Positions 49,850 through 58,440 of a stretch of 64,000 nucleotides of DNA are shown here, one piece after another (position 1 is the stretch's first letter; every line of letters begins with the position of its first letter). Below the pieces are notes generated by a model, which searched no databases, was not told where the DNA came from, and saw only the letters and a program-made list of their open reading frames with translations. Source of the DNA: Actinomycetes bacterium (GTDB lineage Bacteria > Actinomycetota > Coriobacteriia > WRKU01 > WQUG01); NCBI GenBank assembly GCA_031272275.1, contig JAISUC010000011.1, forward strand, positions 2,290-66,289. The letters are read 5' to 3'. The position numbers were made by a program, and so were the translations under genes.

Positions 49850-51532
49850 GTGAGCGAGCACGGCGCCGATTGCGCCATAGAGATGCGCGGGATTTCAAAA
49901 AGCTTCGGGTCGGTCGTGGCGAACGAACGCGTCGACCTGGAGGTGCGCGACGGCGAGATTCACGCCCTGTTGGGCGAAAACGGTGCGGGCAAATCGACGC
50001 TGATGAACATGCTGGCGGGTATCTATCGGCCCGATACCGGCACGATTCGCATACGCGGCGAGGAAGTCCATTTCGCGACCCCGGCGGACAGCATCAAGCG
50101 CGGCATCGGGATGATTCACCAGCACTTCAAGCTGGTCGAGGTGATGACCGCGACCGATAACATCGCGCTGGGGATGCGCGCGCAGAAACCGGCGTCGGGC
50201 GCGCGTTCGAGCGCGGGCGCGGACACAGACGCGACCACGGCGGGTGCAGGTGCGGGCGCAGGAGACGCACCGGCGGCGACAGCCGATGATAACGCGGGGC
50301 TGACGGGGCCTTTTCTGAATCGCGCAAAACTGGCGGAGCGCATTCGTGCGGTGTCGGACCGCTATGGGCTGGATATCGACCCGAACAAGAAAATCTACGA
50401 GATGAGTGTGGGCGAAAAACAAACACTCGAGATCATGAAAGTCCTGATGCGCGGGGCGCGGATACTGATCATGGACGAGCCCACCGCCGTGCTGACGCCC
50501 CAGGAAATCAAGCGACTGTTTGCGATTGTACGCAGCATGCGCGACGACGGCTGCGCGGTGGTAATCATCACGCACAAGCTGAACGAGGTCATGGAGGTCA
50601 GTGACCGCGTCACGGTGTTGCGCCGCGGCGTCAGCGTGGGCACGGTCGAAACCCGCGGCGTGGCTTTACCGACCTTGATCGAGATGGTTGTGGGGCGCAG
50701 CGTCGACCTGTCCATACAGCGTCCGAGCTATACTCCCCCACCCGATGCACCCGAAACAAGCGAGCCGCTGTTGCGCTTGGATGCGGTCAGCGTCACCGAC
50801 AAGGACAAAAAGGCTGCACTGGACGGCGTGTCGTTCGATTTGGCCGCAGGCGAGATTTTGGGCGTGGCAGGTGTTGCCGGCAGCGGACAAAAAGAGCTCT
50901 GCGAGGTCATCGCGGGGCTGACGCGCGCCAGCGGCGGGCGGATATTTTTCGAGGGCGACAACATTTTGGGCAAGACTCCGCGTGACATCATGCGGCTGGG
51001 GATTCGCATCGGGTTTATTCCCGAGGACCGGCTGGGTATGGGCTTGGTGGCGTCGATGGACTTGGTCGAAAACCTGATGCTGAAGGACTATCGCAAGTAC
51101 GCCGGCCCGCTGTTGCGGCGCGCGCCCAGCGTCGAAAAGGCAGAGCGCATCGTCGAACGCCTGGACATCCTGACGCCGTCGATTCACACCCCCGTCAGTC
51201 AGCTGTCGGGCGGAAACATCCAGAAAGTCCTGCTGGGGCGCGAAATCGACAGCGACCCGCGCGTGCTGATTACGGCATACCCTGTGCGGGGGCTGGACAT
51301 CGGGGCGAGTTACCGTATCTATGACCTGTTGAACGAACAGAAAATGGCAGGTGTCGGCATTGTGTTCATAGGAGAGGACCTGGACGTCTTGCTGGAGCTG
51401 TGCGACCGCATCGTGGTGCTGTGCGGGGGGGCCGTCACCGGTATCGTGGATGCACGGCGCGTCGGCAAAGAGGAACTGGGCTTTTTGATGACCGGCGGGC
51501 AGACCGAGGGTACGGGACGTGATGCGGCATGA
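49850..51532 (+). CDS. Nucleoside/sugar (CUT2) ABC ATPase with two NBDs
   Basis: GENGAGKST, IHQHFKL, DEPTAVLT, IPEDR, LSGGNIQK, PVRGLD. Confidence 0.95.
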   Translation: MSEHGADCAIEMRGISKSFGSVVANERVDLEVRDGEIHALLGENGAGKSTLMNMLAGIYRPDTGTIRIRGEEVHFATPADSIKRGIGMIHQHFKLVEVMTATDNIALGMRAQKPASGARSSAGADTDATTAGAGAGAGDAPAATADDNAGLTGPFLNRAKLAERIRAVSDRYGLDIDPNKKIYEMSVGEKQTLEIMKVLMRGARILIMDEPTAVLTPQEIKRLFAIVRSMRDDGCAVVIITHKLNEVMEVSDRVTVLRRGVSVGTVETRGVALPTLIEMVVGRSVDLSIQRPSYTPPPDAPETSEPLLRLDAVSVTDKDKKAALDGVSFDLAAGEILGVAGVAGSGQKELCEVIAGLTRASGGRIFFEGDNILGKTPRDIMRLGIRIGFIPEDRLGMGLVASMDLVENLMLKDYRKYAGPLLRRAPSVEKAERIVERLDILTPSIHTPVSQLSGGNIQKVLLGREIDSDPRVLITAYPVRGLDIGASYRIYDLLNEQKMAGVGIVFIGEDLDVLLELCDRIVVLCGGAVTGIVDARRVGKEELGFLMTGGQTEGTGRDAA

Positions 51533-52662
51533 GCGCATTGTCCTCACTGACATCGCGGCTACCGTTCGCCCTGGTCAAACGCCCCACCATGAGTACCCGC
51601 GCGCAGGTGCTGGCACGCATCGCGGCGGTCGTGCTGTCGATAGTGTTCGCCAGCCTGGTGTTGTTGCTGTTCAGCCTGAACCCGATTCAGGTGTTCGCGA
51701 CCATCATCAAGGGCTCACTGGGCACGAAAATGCGCATCCAACAGACGGTGGTCAAGGCAATACCCTTGACCATCACGTCACTGGGCATCCTGGTGGCATT
51801 CAAAATGAAGTTCTGGAACATCGGCGGCGAGGGGCAAATCGTCATGGGCGCGCTGGGCGCGACTGTGGTGGCGCTGCATTTCCCCGAAACGCTGCCCGCA
51901 CCGGTTATGCTGGTGTCGATGGCTGCAGCCGCGATGATCTGCGGCGGCATCTGGGCGTTGATACCGGCGGCGTTCAAGGCGCGTTACGGCACGAACGAAA
52001 CCATCTTCACCCTGATGATGAACTATCTGGCCATCAAATTCGTGACCTATCTGCAGTACGGACCCTGGCGCGACCCGAACAGCGCGGGCTTCCCCAAAAT
52101 CCCGCCCTATCCGGACAACGCCGTACTCCCCCGCCTGTTCGGCGTGCACATCGGCTGGGTCATCGCGCTGGTGCTGGTGGCGGCCGTCTGGCTGTTTTTG
52201 AACCACACCAAAAAGGGCTTTGAAATCAGCGTCGTGGGCGAATCGCTGCCGACGGCGCGCTATGCCGGCATGAACATCAGCCGCGTGATTCTGGTCGCGA
52301 TGGCGGTATCGGGCGGGCTCTGTGGGCTGGTCGGGATGATTCAGACCTCCGCCATCGAAAAAACCCTAACCTACGGAATCGGGGGAGGATACGGCTTCAC
52401 CGCCATCATCACGGCATGGTTGTCGCGACTGAACGCGATTGTCGTGCTGTTCGTGTGTATCGCATTTGCGATGCTGCTGCAGGGCGCGGCATTCCTGCAG
52501 CTGCAACTGCAGGTACCCGCCAGTGTCGCCGAAATCGTACAGGGCGCGATTCTGTTCTTTGTGTTGGGCAGCGAGTTTTTCCTGAACTATCGCATCGGGC
52601 GGCGCCGGGCGGCGGCTGCGGGTGGCGACGGGATCGGGACGAATGCGGAGGTCGACGCATGA
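51529..52662 (+). CDS. Nucleoside ABC permease
   Basis: WNIGGEGQ, NETIFTLMMNY, ARYAGM, GYGFTAI. Confidence 0.92.
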   Translation: MSALSSLTSRLPFALVKRPTMSTRAQVLARIAAVVLSIVFASLVLLLFSLNPIQVFATIIKGSLGTKMRIQQTVVKAIPLTITSLGILVAFKMKFWNIGGEGQIVMGALGATVVALHFPETLPAPVMLVSMAAAAMICGGIWALIPAAFKARYGTNETIFTLMMNYLAIKFVTYLQYGPWRDPNSAGFPKIPPYPDNAVLPRLFGVHIGWVIALVLVAAVWLFLNHTKKGFEISVVGESLPTARYAGMNISRVILVAMAVSGGLCGLVGMIQTSAIEKTLTYGIGGGYGFTAIITAWLSRLNAIVVLFVCIAFAMLLQGAAFLQLQLQVPASVAEIVQGAILFFVLGSEFFLNYRIGRRRAAAAGGDGIGTNAEVDA

Positions 52663-53585
52663 TAGCCTTTTTTGCCGCGGCCGTGATAGCCGCAACCCCG
52701 CTGTTGTTTGCGACACTGGGCGAGCTGCTGACTGAAAAATCGGGCAGCCTGAACCTGGGTGTCGAGGGCATGATGTTGATCGGTGCGGTCATCGGTTTTG
52801 TGACCGGGTATTCGACCGGCAGCGCCGTACTCGCCCTGATCGGTGCCTTTGTCGCCGGTGCCGCAGGCGGCCTGATCTTTGCCGTGGTGACCGTGACCCT
52901 GCGCGCCAATCAGGTGGTCACGGGGCTTACGTTGACCATATTCGGCGGTGGGGTCGCACGCTTTTTGGGAGACGATCTGATTGGCCTGTCGGTACCGCTG
53001 TCGGTGCAGGCGGTGTTCAAACCGGTGGCAATACCGTTATTGTCGGCGATACCGGCACTGGGACCGATTTTCTTCAAGCAGGACATCTTTGTCTATCTGG
53101 GCTACCTGTGCGTCGTGTTGGTGGCGATCTATCTGTACCGCACACGCACGGGGTTGAACATGCGCGCCGTGGGTGAAAACACGGCTGCGGCGGATGCTGC
53201 AGGCATCCCGGTGACGCTGCATAAATACGTGCATATCTGCCTGGGCGGGGGGCTCTGTGGACTGGGCGGTGCCTATCTGGCGCTGGTCACGGTCCCCATG
53301 TGGCAGGCCGACGTGGTGAACGGGCGCGGCTGGATCGCGGTGGCGTTGGTCATTTTCGCCAGCTGGAATCCCATCAAGGCGTTTTTGGGTAGCTATCTGT
53401 TCGGGGGCTTGTCGATACTGGGTCTGCGCCTGCAATCGGCCGGTATCCACATCAGCCAGTATCTGGTCGATTTGTTCCCCTATTTGGCGTGTATCGTGAT
53501 TGTGGTGATTTCAACGCACAAGAATAGGAAGGAAGATTTGCCGCCGGCGAACCTGTCGGTGCCTTACTTTCGCGAAGAACGCTAA
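52659..53585 (+). CDS. Nucleoside ABC permease 2
   Basis: EKSGSLNLGVEGMM, RAVGENTAAADAAGI, GRGWIAVALV; ATG overlaps upstream stop (ATGA). Confidence 0.92.
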   Translation: MIAFFAAAVIAATPLLFATLGELLTEKSGSLNLGVEGMMLIGAVIGFVTGYSTGSAVLALIGAFVAGAAGGLIFAVVTVTLRANQVVTGLTLTIFGGGVARFLGDDLIGLSVPLSVQAVFKPVAIPLLSAIPALGPIFFKQDIFVYLGYLCVVLVAIYLYRTRTGLNMRAVGENTAAADAAGIPVTLHKYVHICLGGGLCGLGGAYLALVTVPMWQADVVNGRGWIAVALVIFASWNPIKAFLGSYLFGGLSILGLRLQSAGIHISQYLVDLFPYLACIVIVVISTHKNRKEDLPPANLSVPYFREER

Positions 53586-53590
53586 CGACG

Positions 53591-53631
53591 CCTCAGGGGG
53601 CGCAAAAACTGAGTCAAATCTCCCCCTGAGG
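53591..53631 (+). terminator. Possible terminator hairpin
   Basis: CCTCAGGGGG...CCCCCTGAGG just after stop; large loop, weak U tract. Confidence 0.4.
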
Positions 53632-53726
53632 TGTGCGCCGGGACTGCGTGTATAGGATACGACTGCACCATTCGTCCTGCTCCCCGCATAATGGCTCTTC
53701 GTAGTGAAGAGAGGAGCCAAGCCCGT

Positions 53727-54461
53727 ATGTACGAACCCGAAGTCGTGTTAGAAACCCATAATCTCAATAAGGACTACCGCCGAACCCGCGCGTTAAGCGA
53801 TATCAACATCGCGCTGGATCGCGGACGCATCTATGGTCTGGTCGGCCAAAACGGCGCCGGTAAAACGACGCTGATGCGCATAATCGCCGGTCTGTCCCAG
53901 CCCACTCAGGGCAGCATCACCCTGTTCGGCGCTTCGTCGCAGCCATCTCTGGTCCGCGCGCGGCGTCGCCTGGGTGCGATCATCGAGACCCCGGCCTTGT
54001 ATCCGGATCTGTCGGCCGCACAAAATCTGGAAATCGAGCGCCTGATCCGCGGTGTCGCCGACCGCAGCCGCGTGAAACGGCTGCTGCAACAGGTCGGTCT
54101 GGACGGCACCGGACGCAAACGCGTACGCGATTTCAGCCTGGGGATGCGCCAGCGCTTGGCGATTGCCGTGGCCTTGCTCGCAGACCCTGCACTGCTGCTG
54201 CTGGATGAGCCCATCAACGGTCTGGACCCGATGGGCATCATCCAGGTTCGCCAATTGCTGACGACCCTCGCCCACGAACACGGCTGCACCATACTGATCA
54301 GCAGCCACATCCTGTCCGAGCTGGATCAGCTGGCCGATGAGTACCTGTTCGTGAGCGACGGACGCATCATCAAGCAGCTGACGGCAGCCGAGCTGAGCAC
54401 GCAACATGACAACCTGGAAGGCTACTTTTTGGAACTGCTGAAAGAAGGGACACCGCAATGA
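53727..54461 (+). CDS. ABC ATP-binding protein, BcrA/lantibiotic-immunity type
   Basis: GQNGAGKTT, IIETPALYP, FSLGMRQRL, LDEPINGLDP, SSHILSEL. Confidence 0.92.
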   Translation: MYEPEVVLETHNLNKDYRRTRALSDINIALDRGRIYGLVGQNGAGKTTLMRIIAGLSQPTQGSITLFGASSQPSLVRARRRLGAIIETPALYPDLSAAQNLEIERLIRGVADRSRVKRLLQQVGLDGTGRKRVRDFSLGMRQRLAIAVALLADPALLLLDEPINGLDPMGIIQVRQLLTTLAHEHGCTILISSHILSELDQLADEYLFVSDGRIIKQLTAAELSTQHDNLEGYFLELLKEGTPQ

Positions 54462-55201
54462 AAGGACTGCTGTACGCCGAGTTCTATCACCTGCGCCGCT
54501 CGCGCTGGTTTCATATCATGCTGGTGGCGGACGTGCTGATCAGCATCGTATTTGTATTCGCCGCCAAAGACGCCCATCCCCTGCCCGGGCGCACGGTGCT
54601 GCGCAGTGCGCTCATCGACCTGCCGCTGATGATGATGCTCTGCGCGATATTCGCCGGCCTCTACATCGGACCTGCCTTCACGAACAAAACAGTCGCGCGC
54701 GCCATCACGGCAGGCCACAGCCGCACGCGGGTCATGCTGGCAAAATGCATCGTCTACCTGATTGCCACTGCGGTGATTCTGCTGGTCTACCCGCTGCTTT
54801 CCTCGGGTATGGCGTGCGCGCGTGCCGGTTGGGGTGTGACAATCACCTGGGGGGAGTGCATCTCTGTCGCGCGCGTTATCGCGTTGGCCGTGTTGTTGAA
54901 CGCGGCTGTGTGCATGCTGTTCGCGTTTTTGTCCTTTATGCTGCAAGATACAGGAAAGGCCATCGGAACGTCGGTGGTGGTCTATTTGTTGCTGACGATT
55001 CTGGCAACCCCGCGCCCGGCGTTACCTGTCTGGTTGAATGGGCTGCTGGTGCTGCTGCCCACCAACATCGCCCGCGACGTGGCGTTTGCCCGTCCCCTGT
55101 CGGCAGGGCTTGCCTGGCAGGCACTGGCGGGCGGAGTCGTGTGCCTGGTCCTGTTGTTGTTACTGACCGGATTCGCGTTCAACCGCAGCGAGCTGAAATA
55201 G
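54458..55201 (+). CDS. ABC-2 type permease
   Basis: About 6 TM helices, coupled to the ATPase by ATGA overlap; LLYAEFYHLRR and FNRSELK ends. Confidence 0.85.
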   Translation: MKGLLYAEFYHLRRSRWFHIMLVADVLISIVFVFAAKDAHPLPGRTVLRSALIDLPLMMMLCAIFAGLYIGPAFTNKTVARAITAGHSRTRVMLAKCIVYLIATAVILLVYPLLSSGMACARAGWGVTITWGECISVARVIALAVLLNAAVCMLFAFLSFMLQDTGKAIGTSVVVYLLLTILATPRPALPVWLNGLLVLLPTNIARDVAFARPLSAGLAWQALAGGVVCLVLLLLLTGFAFNRSELK

Positions 55202-55545
55202 CGCTGATTCGGATGCGCGTGTACGCGCATCCTCAATGTAATGTGTTCGCGCAACAAAACCCGGTTGCGCTCACACGGGGGCACAGGAGTGCCCCCCTAC
55301 AAGGGGTTCTCCGATTGAAGCATAACCGGTTGGCTTTCAAGCAGAACGTAGACCCTGGCACATCGCCGGCAATTGCTGGGCGCCCTGTAGGGGGGCACTC
55401 CGTGCCCCCGCGTGGCGGCGATGGCCGCCACGTAAAAAGGTCCCGTCGCGCTCTGCGCGACGGGGGCATTGAACCGGGCGGGCTACTGCCCGCCCGCATG
55501 GATTGCCGCGCCCGCCTACGGCGGGCTCGCAATGACGGCGGTAAG
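55202..55545. repeat. Mosaic of REP-like hairpins between convergent genes
   Basis: 100-bp element copy B (55202-55300), inverted GTAG REP pair (55277-55300 and 55387-55410), three-hairpin CGTC element (55442-55537). Confidence 0.8.
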
Positions 55546-55602
55546 TGCTACACCGCTACGCAAGTATTCCTGCGACACCGAGATGTGCCGCAGGCTATCC
55601 GC

Positions 55603-58440
55603 TCAGGCGTCTTCGTCCCCTGCAAACTGTGAGTTATAGAGCTCCGCATAAAACCCATCCGCCGCCAACAGTTCGTCGTGGCTGCCGCTTTCGACGATGC
55701 GCCCGTGGTTCATGGCAACAATCAGGTCGGCGTCACGGATGGTTGACAGACGGTGCGCAATGACAAAACTGGTCCTGCCCTGCATCAGGCGTGCCATGGC
55801 GGTCTGTATCAACTGCTCGGTACGGGTGTCGACCGAACTGGTGGCTTCATCCAGTATCAGGATCGGCGAATCGGCCAACACGGCACGCGCGATGGTCAAC
55901 AACTGCCGCTGGCCTACGCTGATGTTTCCGGCGTCTTCCGCCAGCACGGTGTCATAGCCATGCGGCAGGGTGCGGATGAAGTGATCCGCCAGGGCGGTAT
56001 CTGCGGCCGCATGTATCTGTTCGGGTGTCGCGTCATCACGCCCGAACGCGATGTTATCGGCGATGCTGCCGTTAAACAGCCAGGTATCCTGCAGCACCAT
56101 TCCGAACAGTGCACGTACATCGCTGCGCTTCATGGCCGCCGTGTCAACCCCGTCGATGCGGATGCTACCCTGCGTAACGTCATAAAAGCGCATCAACAGA
56201 TTCACGATGGTGGTCTTGCCCGCACCGGTGGGACCGACGATGGCTATCATCTGTCCGGGTTTCACATCCAGGTACCAATCGCGAATCAGCGGGGATGCCG
56301 GGTCATAGTCAAAGTCGATGTGGTCGATGGTGACCGAACCCTGTGCGACGTCAACGGTGGCAGCCGGGTCGGGATCGGGGGCTTCCTCAGCCTCATCCAA
56401 CAGGATAAAGACGCGTTCGGCCGCGGCAATCGAGCCCTGGATGACGTTTGCGATCTGTGCCATCTGTACCATGGGCTGCTGGAAGCTGGATACATACTGT
56501 ATGAATGCAAAGATGGCGCCCACGGTCATACCACCGATGTTGATTCCCGCAAGCGTCACATCCGGTCGCGTCAGTATGGCGGCAATAACCACGATCACCA
56601 CGTACTGCAGGTTGGTGACGGCATTGATCACCGGCATCAGGACGCTCGAGATAAACTGGGCCTTCCACGCGCTGCCGTACAGCTGCTTGTTCGTCGCACG
56701 GAATCGCGTGAGCGAGATTTCCTCGCGGTTAAAGGCCTTGATGATATTGTGACCACCGTAGTTCTCTTCGATTTGTCCGTTCAGCTCACCCAGTTGCGCC
56801 TGTTGACGGGCAAAGAATTTCTGCGCTTTGGGGGCGATGATGCCGGTCAATACCAGCGTCAGCGGAATGGCGACGCAACTGACCAGCGCCAACACCCAAC
56901 TGATCGAAAACATCATAATCAGGATACCCAGCAACTGAAAGACCGAACTGAGCGTCTGGCTGAGTACCTGTTGCAGGTTCGTGGAAATCAGGTCGATGTC
57001 GATGGTGATTTTCGACAAAATCTCGCCGTGGGTCTGCCCGTCGAAATACTTCAGCGGCAGCGTATCGAGCTTTTCTGAGACCTGCGTACGCAGCCTGCGC
57101 ACCAGCTCCTGGGTCATCGTGACCGTCAGACGCTGCTGCACATACGCAAACAGGGCATACAGGAAATAGAGCCCGATCAACACCAGCGCAATCATACCGA
57201 TGTAGTTGTAATCCAGCACCGGCTCATCGGTCAGCGCCAAAGCCTTGGCAAAAATCAACAGCTGTTGGTCGGATGCGTCTTTGACCCGATCGAACTCGTC
57301 GCGATTGGTGTCGACCGCGACGGTGGCTGTGGTCTCGGAGGCCTCGTCACTTGCCTTGTCCGCCGAATCGTCCCCGAAATCCCCGAAACTCAGGTCACTT
57401 TCCGCGGTGCTCGACTCGTCGTCACTTGCCTGATATTCGTTGATCAGCGACTTCAGCGCAGCAATCCGCGTGTCATCGTCATCGCTTGCGCGGATGGCGG
57501 CGATGTCGGCGTCGATGCGATCCAGCGTTTCCGTCGCATCCGCAAACATGCCCGAAACCTTGCCCTTGGCGGCAGCCAGCTTATAGCCCGCCTGTTTGAA
57601 CTCGACGGTTTTCTCATCCAGTTTCTTTTGACCCTTGTCCAGCTTGCGTTCGGCTTTTGCCAGTTTCGCACGCGCCGACGCCAGTTGCGCACGTCCCTTA
57701 CTCAGCGCAGACGCCAGCTGCTTTTTGCCCGCGGCGATTTTCTTCAGAGCGGCCGCCTTTTTCGTCGCCAGTTGTTTCGTCGCCGACGCCAGCTGGGCTG
57801 ATGCCGCCGCATATTGCTCGGGCGGCATATAGGCTTTGCCGGCTTCCAGTTGTGCCTTTTTGGCTGCCAACGTTTTGTCCGCCTTACGGAAACCCGCTTT
57901 GGCCTTTTTTTCCGCCGCTGCCAGCTTCTTTTTCGCCTTCGCCGATTCACGGTTCAGCTTCGCTTGGCCGTCCGCCAGTTTCCGTCGCGCATCACGCAGC
58001 TCTGCCCGCGCGTCATCGATCTTTTTCTGGGCTTTCTTCAGCTCTTTGGCGCCGTCGGCCATCTTATCATCGGCCTCGGCCAGCTTGTCGTCTGCCTCTG
58101 CCCGTTTGTCCGCAAGCGTTTCCCGAGCATCACTGAGCCCCGTATGCAAATCCTGCACCTGCGGATAGATCATCTTTAGCTGCACGTATTCCTGCAACTC
58201 GTTGGTGGCCTTTTCCATGGTTTTCGGCGCCATGATGAAACAGGCGATACTCGCAATGGAAAACACCACGGCCAGCCCAATCCGCCACCAGTCACGCCGC
58301 AGCATCAACAGCAGCCGGCGCAGCGTCCCCTTAAAGTCTGCGGCCTTTTCAACCACCGCAACCATCCCGGCAGGACCCGGTCCCGGTCCCTGTCGGCGTT
58401 GCTGACGTTCGGGCATCTTTGTTTTCTTCTGCTCAGCCAC
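55603..58440 (-). CDS. Type IV ABC exporter subunit (TM288-like) with large coiled-coil insertion
   Basis: LPLKYFD, GPTGAGKTT, LMRFYD, ISVGQRQLL, LDEATSSVD, IAHRLSTI. Confidence 0.92.
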   Translation of the reverse strand: MAEQKKTKMPERQQRRQGPGPGPAGMVAVVEKAADFKGTLRRLLLMLRRDWWRIGLAVVFSIASIACFIMAPKTMEKATNELQEYVQLKMIYPQVQDLHTGLSDARETLADKRAEADDKLAEADDKMADGAKELKKAQKKIDDARAELRDARRKLADGQAKLNRESAKAKKKLAAAEKKAKAGFRKADKTLAAKKAQLEAGKAYMPPEQYAAASAQLASATKQLATKKAAALKKIAAGKKQLASALSKGRAQLASARAKLAKAERKLDKGQKKLDEKTVEFKQAGYKLAAAKGKVSGMFADATETLDRIDADIAAIRASDDDDTRIAALKSLINEYQASDDESSTAESDLSFGDFGDDSADKASDEASETTATVAVDTNRDEFDRVKDASDQQLLIFAKALALTDEPVLDYNYIGMIALVLIGLYFLYALFAYVQQRLTVTMTQELVRRLRTQVSEKLDTLPLKYFDGQTHGEILSKITIDIDLISTNLQQVLSQTLSSVFQLLGILIMMFSISWVLALVSCVAIPLTLVLTGIIAPKAQKFFARQQAQLGELNGQIEENYGGHNIIKAFNREEISLTRFRATNKQLYGSAWKAQFISSVLMPVINAVTNLQYVVIVVIAAILTRPDVTLAGINIGGMTVGAIFAFIQYVSSFQQPMVQMAQIANVIQGSIAAAERVFILLDEAEEAPDPDPAATVDVAQGSVTIDHIDFDYDPASPLIRDWYLDVKPGQMIAIVGPTGAGKTTIVNLLMRFYDVTQGSIRIDGVDTAAMKRSDVRALFGMVLQDTWLFNGSIADNIAFGRDDATPEQIHAAADTALADHFIRTLPHGYDTVLAEDAGNISVGQRQLLTIARAVLADSPILILDEATSSVDTRTEQLIQTAMARLMQGRTSFVIAHRLSTIRDADLIVAMNHGRIVESGSHDELLAADGFYAELYNSQFAGDEDA

